A stretch of 46,372 bases of DNA, from positions 1 through 46,372 of the IMG/VR virus record IMGVR_UViG_3300027887_000019. One strand, given 5' to 3'. The stretch's first letter is position 1. Every line of letters begins with the position of its first letter. The notes beneath the pieces were generated by a model. It was not told the origin of the DNA and ran no database searches. It saw only the letters and a program-made list of their open reading frames with translations. This DNA is from a virus. Taxonomy: Duplodnaviria; Caudoviricetes. This document shows positions 1 through 8,665 of this stretch, in pieces. A program made the position numbers and the translations under genes.

Positions 1-23
1 CGGCCATCGCATCGCGCGGGGCC

Positions 24-452
24 TCAGTGGACTTCGACGCGGTGCCTGTTCGCCCCCTTGTGCTTCGGGAGCGTGAGCCGCAGCACGCCGTCGGCATACT
101 TCGCCTCGGCCTTCGCGAACTCCACGTCGACCGGCAGCGTGAACGAACGCGTCATCGTGCCGCAGTAGCGCTCGCTGCGAAGGACCTTGCCCTCCTTCTC
201 GTCCTTCTTCTCGCGGCGCACCTCGGCCGAGATCGTGACCATGTTGCCATCGACATCCACGTGGATGTCGTCCTTCGCCACGCCCGGCACGTCGGCCTTC
301 ACGAGATAGCGGTCTTCGGCTTCCTCCACGTCCAGCTTGATCATCGGAGGCATGTTCTCCGTCTCCATCCACATCGGGGGAAGCATCCCCTTGAAGACGG
401 AAGGCATGTCGAACGCCGGATCGAAGAGGGTCAGGGGTTTGAGGGTTCCCAT
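24..452 (-). CDS. Hsp20/alpha-crystallin small heat-shock protein (bacterial, high GC)
   Basis: LDVEEAEDRYLVKADVPGV...SERYCGTMTRSFTLP...AKYADGVLRLTLPK; start moved to ATG 452 after GGAGGA. Confidence 0.95.
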   Translation of the reverse strand: MGTLKPLTLFDPAFDMPSVFKGMLPPMWMETENMPPMIKLDVEEAEDRYLVKADVPGVAKDDIHVDVDGNMVTISAEVRREKKDEKEGKVLRSERYCGTMTRSFTLPVDVEFAKAEAKYADGVLRLTLPKHKGANRHRVEVH

Positions 453-571
453 GATGTCCTCCATCGACAGACAGGCCGCGGTGGCGTCACCCCCACCACC
501 GCACGGAGCGCGGACTTCCGACTCCGTAGCGTCACTCTAGGCGCGCCGCCGCCGGCGCGTGTTGCCGGGGG

Positions 572-826
572 TCAAGAACCCTTCGGATTTCGCGCCGCCA
601 CGAACTCGCAGATGCGGTCCAGCGTGTCCAGCGTGGCGTAGTCCGGCTCCGCGATCTCCACGCCGAAGCGCTGGTGCACGGCGATGAGGAAGTTGAGCCA
701 GTCCATGGAGTCGAGGTCGACCTGGTCGCGCAGCAGCTTGCCGGGCTCGATTTCGCCCTCCTCCAGCTCCGGGGCGATCTTCTTCAGCTCCGCGAAGACG
801 AGCGGGCGCAGTTCGATGGCGTTCAT
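572..826 (-). CDS. Acyl carrier protein
   Basis: 84 aa, DLDSMD phosphopantetheine motif; lies directly downstream of a PDH E2 gene. Confidence 0.9.
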   Translation of the reverse strand: MNAIELRPLVFAELKKIAPELEEGEIEPGKLLRDQVDLDSMDWLNFLIAVHQRFGVEIAEPDYATLDTLDRICEFVAARNPKGS

Positions 827-1248
827 AGCTTTTCCGGCTCCTGAAGTCGGCGGGAGAGTTCGGCGAGGAACGCGGCCCCGCGGTGGCCATCGCTCACCCG
901 GTGGTCGGCCGAGAGCGTGGCCACGACCGCCGGACGCGCCACGAGCACGCCCTGCTCGACCCACGGCCGCATCGCCACCCGGCCGAAGCCCACGATCGCG
1001 ACCTGCGGCGGATAGATCACGGCGAAGGTCGTCTCCACCCCGGTGTCGCCCAGGTTCGTGACGGTGATGGTGGGGTCGGAGAACTCGGAGCTGCGCAGGC
1101 TCCCCGCCCGCGCGCGCTTCACGAGGTCGGCGAGCTTCGCCATCAGCGCGTCGATGGGCAGGTCCTGCACGTCGCGGATGCCGGGAGCCACGAGCCCACC
1201 CTGGCGAAGCGAGATGGCGACCCCCGTGTGCACGGCGGCGGAGGGCTT
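823..1248 (-). pseudogene. Dihydrolipoamide acetyltransferase (PDH E2), C-terminal part only; truncated at a junction
   Basis: TITVTNLG, IYPPQVAIVG and LSADHRVSDG catalytic motif; homology is lost upstream of KPSAAVHTG. Confidence 0.85.
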
Positions 1249-1345
1249 CCCCGTGCATTTCGACCAACACGCCTTTCACGCGGACCATGTCATGGTCTGT
1301 GGGCGAGTGAAGCCGCACACGGGCTTCGTCGGGGAAATCGAGAGT
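1226..1345 (+). pseudogene. Internal fragment of a LarA/DUF2088 lactate-racemase-domain protein
   Basis: VCTAAEGFPVHFDQHAFHADHVMVCGRVKPHTGFVGEIES matches the family motif RVKPHT.F.G.IESG; no start or end present. Confidence 0.7.
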
Positions 1346-1489
1346 TACTATTCCGGCAAAGAACTCCTTGAGGAAATTGCCAAAATCACAAACGGCGTTT
1401 TCCAATTCTGCAAAGATCCCAAGGACCTGGAATCCGCTTATTGTCAATTGGAATCCCGAAACTATCTTCAATTGACTCATCAAGTGTAA
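1346..1489 (+). pseudogene. C-terminal fragment of a phage protein, probably a vWA domain
   Basis: ELLEEIAKITNGVFQFCKDPKDLESAY resembles the vWA C-terminus (L.EIA..TGG.Y...D..DL..AF). Confidence 0.45.
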
Positions 1490-1491
1490 TT

Positions 1492-1749
1492 ATGTTAACC
1501 GAAGATCTCAAACAATTTGGTTGGCATACGGCACGCCATCTCAACGGCGCGCCGATGCTATTTCATCCAACTCAACGTCTCGCGATTCTAAAAGAATCGT
1601 CGGGCATGAATCTTTACCTGATTGAGAATCAGGAAATGGAGGAATATGTCGCATTTGGAAAGATGACTTTACTCGAAACTATTTCCGCGGTTTGCTGTAT
1701 GATGACCGCATATCGTTACGAAACGCTAACTGCGCCTAAACAACACTAG
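1492..1749 (+). CDS. Hypothetical phage protein
   Basis: ATG immediately after the upstream stop; in operon. Confidence 0.6.
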   Translation: MLTEDLKQFGWHTARHLNGAPMLFHPTQRLAILKESSGMNLYLIENQEMEEYVAFGKMTLLETISAVCCMMTAYRYETLTAPKQH

Positions 1750-1765
1750 AAAGGACGAACTTCGA

Positions 1766-2119
1766 ATGTCGCTTGATTCTTTGTTCGATGCGTTAGTAAA
1801 GCACCAAATTCGGTTTACCATTACCGGTTCTCGATTCTTCGGCGGTGCGGATCATAATTCTGATTGGGACATTATCATTGAAAGCCTACCCAAAGGTATC
1901 CTTTTAGAGCGCGTAGCTGAGTACGATGACGTACCCAACTTTTTTGTGTACAAACATGCAAATATCAACGTGCATTTGCTACTTCCCAAAACCGTGAAGT
2001 TCGACACGGCGCGCCGTATCCATAACATCGTTAACGAAATTCCCAATTTTGGGGGTCTCCCAAAGAAAAATCGAAAAGCCATTTTCAGAGCGCTTTTCGA
2101 CGGCTTTACCCTGAAGTAA
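1766..2119 (+). CDS. Minimal nucleotidyltransferase (Pol beta superfamily)
   Basis: TGSRFFGGADHNSDWDII = GS-x10-DxD motif; AAGGA RBS. Confidence 0.7.
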   Translation: MSLDSLFDALVKHQIRFTITGSRFFGGADHNSDWDIIIESLPKGILLERVAEYDDVPNFFVYKHANINVHLLLPKTVKFDTARRIHNIVNEIPNFGGLPKKNRKAIFRALFDGFTLK

Positions 2120-2127
2120 CTCTTTCC

Positions 2128-2181
2128 TTTCCCGTTAGGAACGGATTGTTTCCACCGTTCCTAACGGGAAAAAAATTTTTT
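2128..2181. terminator. Intrinsic terminator-like hairpin, possibly bidirectional
   Basis: 17-bp perfect inverted repeat tttcccgttaggaacgg / ccgttcctaacgggaaa with a 10-nt loop, then A and T runs. Confidence 0.75.
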
Positions 2182-2247
2182 CCCTGGCAAAGCCAGGAAA
2201 TCTCGCGAATATTGGCAATTGAAACTCTAACAAAAAGGAGACTCTAA

Positions 2248-2631
2248 ATGCTTATACGAACTTTAATAAAAGAAATCGCAACCGCAATTTGCGCGCTAAA
2301 GCGGCCGCCGCGTATCTCCACTGAAACTCTTGAGTTTTGGATAAAAAGATTAGCGAAACTCGAAAAACACTTACCCTCTGGCAGCGGCTTTGATGACGGA
2401 ACAACTATCGACCACGCACATAGTTCTCCCACAAAAATCGTGCTTCGTACGTCATTTCATCACATGGCAGAATCTGGAATGTACGACCGCTGGACAAAGC
2501 ACATCATTAGAATTTATCCCTCTTTCTTTGGTGATTTCGACATAACTATCAGCGGCCCGAATTACCGAAACATCAAAGATTATATCATCGAGGTTTTTCT
2601 TAACGCATTAGATGCAGAAATCGAGGAGTAA
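2248..2631 (+). CDS. Conserved hypothetical phage protein
   Basis: AAGGAG RBS; LPSGSGFD...SFHHM..SGMYD.WT motif familiar from phage proteins. Confidence 0.8.
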   Translation: MLIRTLIKEIATAICALKRPPRISTETLEFWIKRLAKLEKHLPSGSGFDDGTTIDHAHSSPTKIVLRTSFHHMAESGMYDRWTKHIIRIYPSFFGDFDITISGPNYRNIKDYIIEVFLNALDAEIEE

Positions 2632-2635
2632 CCAA

Positions 2636-2953
2636 ATGTTATGCTTACTACAATTCCACGGAAAAATTTCCAAATCCGGCGTGCATCTTAAAATGTACAA
2701 AATCAATCCAGATGACCCTTACAACTTCGTCTCTCCTGAAATGGTCGAATGCCATATTTGCAATAAATCGCATTCGCAATTGTATATCGTTATCTGCAAA
2801 CCACAAAACATGTTTAGCTATTGGGTTGTGTTTCGGTATAACAACGAAGACCGCGTGCCAGATCTAAGTGTTCCAATTGGCGTCGCCAAAATCCCATGCG
2901 ACGGCCGCAAATTGTCCCCCGAAGATAACGCAACTTATTGGCACCGCAGCTAA
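2636..2953 (+). CDS. Hypothetical protein with CxxC
   Basis: GAGGAG RBS before ATG 2636. Confidence 0.7.
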   Translation: MLCLLQFHGKISKSGVHLKMYKINPDDPYNFVSPEMVECHICNKSHSQLYIVICKPQNMFSYWVVFRYNNEDRVPDLSVPIGVAKIPCDGRKLSPEDNATYWHRS

Positions 2954-2965
2954 AGGAGAATTTCA

Positions 2966-3388
2966 ATGTGCCTCGCAAATCTCACAGAACCAAAAACCCT
3001 AACAGAGAATATCTTTGTCTACAAAATTGTCGCAAGAGAGGACGCATATCACGATAAGCCTTTTCGAAGCCTCTATCGACCCCAGGTAAGGATGCCACAA
3101 CAACATGACGGATATGATTATGGTCAAGTATACCTCTATCCGTTATACAAAAAACTCACAAGTCGATTCCCAGGGTTTTACTGTTACCCAACCAAAGAAA
3201 TCGTGATCTCCATTGCTCAAGACATTAACCAATATACAACTCTTTGGCTCAAAATTCTCAAATGCTTCATTCCCGCAGGAACCGAAGTGATCTTCGGTAA
3301 AGATCTTCGACATGCACCCGCTCTCTTAACGCCTACTTTAATCACCTGCTCTCTCCATAAAATCCCCAAAGGTTCTCGCTTAATCTAA
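2966..3388 (+). CDS. Hypothetical phage protein
   Basis: AAGGAG RBS; in operon. Confidence 0.75.
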   Translation: MCLANLTEPKTLTENIFVYKIVAREDAYHDKPFRSLYRPQVRMPQQHDGYDYGQVYLYPLYKKLTSRFPGFYCYPTKEIVISIAQDINQYTTLWLKILKCFIPAGTEVIFGKDLRHAPALLTPTLITCSLHKIPKGSRLI

Positions 3389-3399
3389 AGGAGTTTGAA

Positions 3400-3618
3400 A
3401 TGCGTAGCGCAGATGACACGATTCTTAATCCAATTCGCATTGCCGATTTGGACATTGATAACATGACTCTTGAGGAACTTGAGGAATTTGTCGCGAAATG
3501 CCGCGGCCTGTTCTACAAGCCCGCGAAAGTTCCAAAAGAAAAGAAACCTAAAAAAGAAAAGAGTCAAGACGAAGTCACGGTTATTTCCATCGACGATATT
3601 GAAGGAGATCTTGGATGA
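3400..3618 (+). CDS. Hypothetical protein
   Basis: AAGGAG RBS. Confidence 0.75.
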   Translation: MRSADDTILNPIRIADLDIDNMTLEELEEFVAKCRGLFYKPAKVPKEKKPKKEKSQDEVTVISIDDIEGDLG

Positions 3619-3809
3619 ACATTGATCCGCGAATTAAATGGGCGCGTAACCTACGTGCGCTAAACGACCCGACAACTTGTGGGTTTCTCGAAGCGATTGT
3701 TTCCTACATGCAATACAACACCGAGAGGCATAAATACACTTTAAAAGAGTTTCTCCGCTTGATTTTTAAAGAAGATTACGAATTGTTTTTCCCGGACAAA
3801 ACTAACTAA
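3615..3809 (+). CDS. Hypothetical protein
   Basis: ATGA overlap, AAGGAG RBS. Confidence 0.7.
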   Translation: MNIDPRIKWARNLRALNDPTTCGFLEAIVSYMQYNTERHKYTLKEFLRLIFKEDYELFFPDKTN

Positions 3810-3822
3810 AGGAGATTCCCAA

Positions 3823-4038
3823 ATGGCAAAGATCAAAAAGACAACATACATTAATGCAAAACAACTAACTCCTGGAAGTATCGTGTTTGTTCGAATGCCG
3901 ATTCCAGAATCAACAAAGGATGAAGACGTGTTTCTTCCAGCTAGGGTTATTGGATCTAACTCTACTGACGCATGTATATGCCTACTTTCCCCAATGGATC
4001 TTTATGTGCCAGTAGAAAGTTTGTATCAACAATCTTGA
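3823..4038 (+). CDS. Small beta-rich protein (paralog 1)
   Basis: AAGGAG RBS; aligns with 4199..4477. Confidence 0.75.
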   Translation: MAKIKKTTYINAKQLTPGSIVFVRMPIPESTKDEDVFLPARVIGSNSTDACICLLSPMDLYVPVESLYQQS

Positions 4039-4048
4039 AAGGAATATC

Positions 4049-4186
4049 ATGTTACCAAGAATACTAAATTATCTCAAACCCACGATTATCATGATCGAGG
4101 ACTTTATCTTGAGTGTTTGTTTTGTAACAATCTTCATGCTCCTCATTTCCTTATTTATTCGCGGTTGCAGCAAACTACTTTTCTAA
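4049..4186 (+). CDS. 45-aa membrane peptide (not in ORF track)
   Basis: AAAGGA RBS; MLPRILNYLKPTIIMIEDFILSVCFVTIFMLLISLFIRGCSKLLF fills the gap. Confidence 0.6.
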   Translation: MLPRILNYLKPTIIMIEDFILSVCFVTIFMLLISLFIRGCSKLLF

Positions 4187-4198
4187 TGGGAGGTTATC

Positions 4199-4477
4199 AT
4201 GAGCAAAACTACAAAAGAAGTAACTTACATTCCCGCTTCGCGGCTTCACATAAATGACGATAATGTCTATGTTCGCGTCGTGTTTCCTGACGCGATGGAC
4301 AACGACGAAACTTTTCTTCCCGCGACAATTATTGGATTTACGGCCGTCGTGGTCTTAGTCAAAGTCGCAACGAATATTGACATCTTCGTGCCTCGGAGAT
4401 GCGTATACAAACGTGCAAGAAAAAACTCAACTCCAACAACTATTAAGGAGGTTTCCAATGATAAAGATGCGGCATGA
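4199..4477 (+). CDS. Small beta-rich protein (paralog 2)
   Basis: GGAGG RBS; aligns with 3823..4038. Confidence 0.75.
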   Translation: MSKTTKEVTYIPASRLHINDDNVYVRVVFPDAMDNDETFLPATIIGFTAVVVLVKVATNIDIFVPRRCVYKRARKNSTPTTIKEVSNDKDAA

Positions 4478-4724
4478 CAACTTGCTTGTCAAGCGAATTC
4501 CCACTCCCGAAACAACCGAGTCGGGTCTTTACATCCTCGGCCGTGAGAAACCGCAGCTTGGGAAAGTCGTTTCTTGCGGCCCAGAGTGCCCAGGGATAAA
4601 TCCCGGAGATATAATCATGTTCGGGAAATTCACAGGCACCGAAATCGAACCCGATACACTTCTACTTAAATTTAAAGATTGCCTAATCGTAATCGACAAC
4701 CTTAATTTGGAGGAACCTAAATGA
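4458..4724 (+). CDS. groES: Co-chaperonin GroES (Cpn10)
   Basis: HDNLLVKRI...TESGLYIL...GKVVSCGP...PGDIIMFGKFTGTEI; AAGGAGG RBS. Confidence 0.9.
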   Translation: MIKMRHDNLLVKRIPTPETTESGLYILGREKPQLGKVVSCGPECPGINPGDIIMFGKFTGTEIEPDTLLLKFKDCLIVIDNLNLEEPK

Positions 4725-5641
4725 CAGAATTTCCCACAGAGTGGTACGACAATTCATCATTAACAATCTTCGATATGTGTGAAAGGAAATACTATTGGTC
4801 ACGAATAATTAACTCCACCGGCTACACCGGACATGCATCAATCGCCATGCGTTATGGTGAATGCATGCATACGGCCTTGGAAATTTACTACAACGTTAAA
4901 ATCAAAGATCTTACTAATCGTGAACGGCGGCATGCCGCACTTCGTGCATTTTTAAATAAATACAGATCTCTTATCGGCGATTGCACAGAAGTAGGTTATA
5001 CAATCCAACACGGTGTTGTGACTCTTGAGAGATACTTTGACTTTTATGCCCCCAAAGATGAATTGTTCACGCCCGTTGGAAGTGAGATGGGATTCCTATT
5101 TTACATAACCCCAAGATCTCATGAAGATTTCAGGCCGATTCCATTTATCATTCGTACAGATGGCATTTTCAAACAACAAGATGAGACATTTATCATTATG
5201 GAAACAAAAGTCACGAAGCGGCCACGGGAAATGCTTCAAAAAGTTTCCATTGATCGTCAACCGCAAGGATATGTTTATGGCGTCCGAACCGCGACAACTC
5301 AAGCCGTTCTTGGAACTCTAATAAATGTCATTGGAGTTTACGTAAATCTCGACACCCGCGAAGACGAAGATTTATTCCATCGTGATCTTGTTACTTGTTC
5401 CCCAATCGACGCCGAAATTTGGCGGGAGGAAACAATCGCGAAAGTCACCCGCATTCGCGAACTCGCGAAGAAATCACACGTGCAACCGCATAGGGTTTAT
5501 TCCCGATCAACATGTAGCTGCATGTCGTTTAATAAACTTTGCGAATTTTACCCAATGTGCAAGCACAATGATCCGTCAATAGCGACAGCTATTGGCTTAC
5601 AGCCAAATACTTGGCATCCACTTAAAGAACAAAAGCCATAA
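4721..5641 (+). CDS. PD-(D/E)XK exonuclease, Cas4/RecB-like, with putative Fe-S cysteines
   Basis: N-terminal CERKYYW, YGECMH, RTDG...METK, C-terminal Cys cluster CSC...CEFYPMC. Confidence 0.85.
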   Translation: MTEFPTEWYDNSSLTIFDMCERKYYWSRIINSTGYTGHASIAMRYGECMHTALEIYYNVKIKDLTNRERRHAALRAFLNKYRSLIGDCTEVGYTIQHGVVTLERYFDFYAPKDELFTPVGSEMGFLFYITPRSHEDFRPIPFIIRTDGIFKQQDETFIIMETKVTKRPREMLQKVSIDRQPQGYVYGVRTATTQAVLGTLINVIGVYVNLDTREDEDLFHRDLVTCSPIDAEIWREETIAKVTRIRELAKKSHVQPHRVYSRSTCSCMSFNKLCEFYPMCKHNDPSIATAIGLQPNTWHPLKEQKP

Positions 5642-5655
5642 AGAAAGGATTAGGC

Positions 5656-6033
5656 ATGAATACAACTAATGAAGTTACCCGCACTGAACGTGGTTGGTCT
5701 GGGCATTTTATAGCCGCATCAAGATGCTTATTTCGACGGAATACTCTACTTGTATATAACAATATCCACATCGTTGTTTCAACCGTAGGTAACTACCAAC
5801 CAAATTTAAATACACATACCTCCGAAGAAATCGGCCCAAATCGTTATTTTGAGACCATGGTCTTTAAAGCAAAACATGATGGTACTTATTGGGATGCGGA
5901 TGTTAAGAACGAAATTGGCTTCGAAAGCCCCTGGGAGTTATCAAACGACGTTGATGGTAACCAAGTTAACCAAATGCATGAGGATGTCGTTACGGAAATA
6001 ACCAATAAGCTCCTCGTGGGAGAAATCGTATGA
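5656..6033 (+). CDS. Conserved hypothetical phage protein
   Basis: ERGWSGHFI...CLFRRNTLL...YFETMVF motif; RBS. Confidence 0.8.
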   Translation: MNTTNEVTRTERGWSGHFIAASRCLFRRNTLLVYNNIHIVVSTVGNYQPNLNTHTSEEIGPNRYFETMVFKAKHDGTYWDADVKNEIGFESPWELSNDVDGNQVNQMHEDVVTEITNKLLVGEIV

Positions 6034-6344
6034 AGTATATTTTCGTGAAGAAGACGCTTTTGTCCGTTGGCTTGATCTCGTGGTTATACACCGGCTCCCC
6101 GTCGCCGACGCCAATAATGTCCTATACACCTTATCAAACACCGACGGCTAAAATTGTAGAGCTATATATACCAGCGCAATTACCGACTCCCTCAGCAGAA
6201 TGCATTTCTGTGCCTGTTCATGGAGCGTTATCTACTGTAGGAACACGGTATTGTGTTTGTTGCAGTAAATACCGTTGGCACGTTTGGGGCCGCCAAGCGC
6301 CGACAAAAGAAGAATATTACACCACATGTATTTGTCCAGAATAA
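6030..6344 (+). CDS. Putative exported Thr/Pro- and Cys-rich small protein
   Basis: Basic then hydrophobic N-terminus, SPSPTP/TPT tract, 6 Cys; ATGA overlap. Confidence 0.55.
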   Translation: MKYIFVKKTLLSVGLISWLYTGSPSPTPIMSYTPYQTPTAKIVELYIPAQLPTPSAECISVPVHGALSTVGTRYCVCCSKYRWHVWGRQAPTKEEYYTTCICPE

Positions 6345-6371
6345 ATCACAACTACTCAAAGGAAAACTTGA

Positions 6372-6737
6372 ATGATGACTTACACAAAAAATGAACTCCT
6401 TACTGCAATCGAAAAAGGAATAAAAAAATGGGAATCCGTGGTGGCCGGCGGCCCGGAATATGGTGCGAAGGATTGCGCATTATGCCAGATGTTTCTTAAA
6501 TATAATAACCTTGATAATAATTCTTGTGACGGTTGTCCAATCTACCTCGATACGCATAGACCCTTTTGCGAAGGTACACCATACGTAAATTGGACTAATG
6601 GTCCTGATAACGATGAAGATGATACAAATAATAGTTACTCCCCCAAACAAATCCAAAGCGCTTTAGATATGGTAACTTATCTTAACGGATTATTCATTCG
6701 CTTCTCAAACGATGAAATTAAAATGGAGGAGTCATGA
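6372..6737 (+). CDS. Cys-rich metal-binding phage protein
   Basis: CALC...CDGCP...FC pattern. Confidence 0.75.
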   Translation: MMTYTKNELLTAIEKGIKKWESVVAGGPEYGAKDCALCQMFLKYNNLDNNSCDGCPIYLDTHRPFCEGTPYVNWTNGPDNDEDDTNNSYSPKQIQSALDMVTYLNGLFIRFSNDEIKMEES

Positions 6738-6970
6738 AAGAACCTTGTATGTGCGGTGATCCAGCTTGTGGCTTTTGCGGCGATCCGCAAAGCGAAAAAG
6801 AATACGATATAATCATGACATATTTAGGATCATTATTCGATGATTATCCTGAGATCATCGACACTTACGCCCTTGCGGAAGACATCTTTAAGCGATTGAC
6901 CAAAAGTCAATCAACGGCCGCGCAACAATTATATCTTTCCCTCCTCGCTCTTGCAAGAGAATCTAACTAG
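6734..6970 (+). CDS. Hypothetical protein with N-terminal CxC-x4-CxxC
   Basis: GGAGG RBS, ATGA overlap. Confidence 0.7.
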   Translation: MKEPCMCGDPACGFCGDPQSEKEYDIIMTYLGSLFDDYPEIIDTYALAEDIFKRLTKSQSTAAQQLYLSLLALARESN

Positions 6971-6982
6971 AAAGGATAAATC

Positions 6983-7819
6983 ATGCTCTACACTGGTGAT
7001 CGCTTAAGTGACATTCTATCAACAACTTCGTCAATCGCCGTAATCGGCAAGCCGTTTACAGGCAAAACAACTTCAACAAAATCATTGATAAAGATCATCC
7101 CAGAAGATAAGTGGATTTATTATTTCGATTGGGATAACAAAGCGATTCCAATAATCGTTGATGCACAAAACAACTGTTACTCGCATCGCTTGAAAGTTTT
7201 TCGTTATAATCGCGGCGGCGTCGGGGCGATCGCGAACAGCGAATCCACGCCGCGGCAGGCAAACACCTTCATGGAATTTATTAATGACTATGTCGCCCTT
7301 ACCCAAAAAGTAAATCCCCAAACCGGCGACTGGAAAACCGACGCAACCGAAATCCCTGGCGTTATCGTCATCGACTCGATGTCCTCAATGAGTGACCATA
7401 TTTTGGAATTTGTCCTCTCCCGCCTCGGCCATGATCTCGGTGCCCCAAAGACTGATTCTCGTGGGGATTATGGAAAACAAATGTCCAAAGTCGTCGAAAC
7501 GGTCCGGGCGCTAAAAGCGCTTCCTTGTCATACGGTATTTATCTTCCATGAAGTAACCATTCAAAATGAAATCACGTCGCTTGTCCAAGTCTTGCCCGCC
7601 GTCACCGGACAACTCCGGGATACGATTGCCCGTGAATTCACGGTTGTTGTTCGGGCAATAACTAAATCCGCGGGCGGTGGCAAAATTGAATACCTTTGGC
7701 ATACCAAACCCGTCGGCCAAACGGCATGTGCAGGAAGCACATTCCTAACTCCCGAACAAAACGCTTTACTCCCCGAGTTTATTCCCCAGGATTTCGCAGT
7801 TCTTTTAGGAAAGAAATAA
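6983..7819 (+). CDS. Sak4/AAA_24-like P-loop ATPase (single-strand annealing recombinase)
   Basis: Walker A GKPFTGKT, Walker B VIVIDS, FIFHE; lies near the Cas4-like nuclease and SSB. Confidence 0.8.
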   Translation: MLYTGDRLSDILSTTSSIAVIGKPFTGKTTSTKSLIKIIPEDKWIYYFDWDNKAIPIIVDAQNNCYSHRLKVFRYNRGGVGAIANSESTPRQANTFMEFINDYVALTQKVNPQTGDWKTDATEIPGVIVIDSMSSMSDHILEFVLSRLGHDLGAPKTDSRGDYGKQMSKVVETVRALKALPCHTVFIFHEVTIQNEITSLVQVLPAVTGQLRDTIAREFTVVVRAITKSAGGGKIEYLWHTKPVGQTACAGSTFLTPEQNALLPEFIPQDFAVLLGKK

Positions 7820-7897
7820 ATGAGCCAAATATGACTGACTAAGAGAAGCATGGCTAAAGGAAGAAAACTCACTTGCGCAGCGTAATGGAGAAATGCG

Positions 7898-8350
7898 ATG
7901 TACGACAGCAGAATTGACACGTTGATTCACATTCAAACTGTAGCTCGCTATCTACATCAAGTCGTAGAGGATTTACTTGCACGAGCAGAGCACCACGATG
8001 CATCAAAACTACAGACACCGGAAAAGGAAGCGTTTGATATCGCTACGCCAAAGCTACATGGTTTGACATACGGAAGTGAAGAATATCGGGCTGCACTACG
8101 GGAGATGAAACCTGCGATTGAGCACCATTACTCTCTAAATCCACATCACCCTGAATTCTACGGTCATGATGGAATTGACGGCATGTCGTTGGTGGATCTA
8201 ATCGAAATGCTGTGCGATTGGAAAGCGGCTACGGAACGCCACGACGACGGAGACATCAAGGCTAGCCTGGAACACAACGAAGAACGGTTCAAGATCGGAG
8301 GCCAACTCGGGATGATCCTACGCAATACGGTGGACCGGTTTGGTTGGTGA
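7898..8350 (+). CDS. DUF5662 family HD-like phosphohydrolase
   Basis: H...HDASK...HHY..NPHHPE...EMLCDW. Confidence 0.85.
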   Translation: MYDSRIDTLIHIQTVARYLHQVVEDLLARAEHHDASKLQTPEKEAFDIATPKLHGLTYGSEEYRAALREMKPAIEHHYSLNPHHPEFYGHDGIDGMSLVDLIEMLCDWKAATERHDDGDIKASLEHNEERFKIGGQLGMILRNTVDRFGW

Positions 8351-8362
8351 TGGAGGAGTGAG

Positions 8363-8665
8363 ATGGCCGAGGAATATAAATTGATCCACGAGCAACAAGA
8401 AAAGTGGAAGTTAGAGGCGCAGCTCGACAACATCGAGCGAGTATGTAGAGGTGAGAATATCGCTAGCCACATGCAAGAATTACCACCTATCGCTGCCGTG
8501 ATTGAATTACAAACCACCATCGCCGAGCTTCGTGAATCTCTTAAAATCGCCCGACTTCGCGGCATCGAGGAAGAGCGGGCTCGGTGTGCAGGAATTGTCA
8601 GGCGCTATCGAGTTGGACTTAGGATGGCGGAACGCATTTGCGACGAAATCGAACGAGGTGAATAA
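8363..8665 (+). CDS. Hypothetical coiled-coil protein
   Basis: GGAGG RBS; ERARCAGIV motif. Confidence 0.65.
   Translation: MAEEYKLIHEQQEKWKLEAQLDNIERVCRGENIASHMQELPPIAAVIELQTTIAELRESLKIARLRGIEEERARCAGIVRRYRVGLRMAERICDEIERGE

Noticed and set aside
1-1345. Hsp20/ACP/PDH as phage auxiliary metabolic genes or a prophage flank
   Set aside because: Very different GC, truncated genes, and no att site or integrase.
572-1483. 303-aa ORF apparently fusing unknown sequence to ACP
   Set aside because: Only the last 84 aa are ACP; the rest is off-frame read-through across the E2 gene and both junctions.
1043-1489. 148-aa ORF as a real LarA-vWA fusion
   Set aside because: It is composed of antisense E2, a LarA-like fragment and a phage fragment, and is best explained as a chimera.
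4721-5641. Cas4-like gene as part of a CRISPR system
   Set aside because: No repeat-spacer array or other cas genes; its context is phage recombination.
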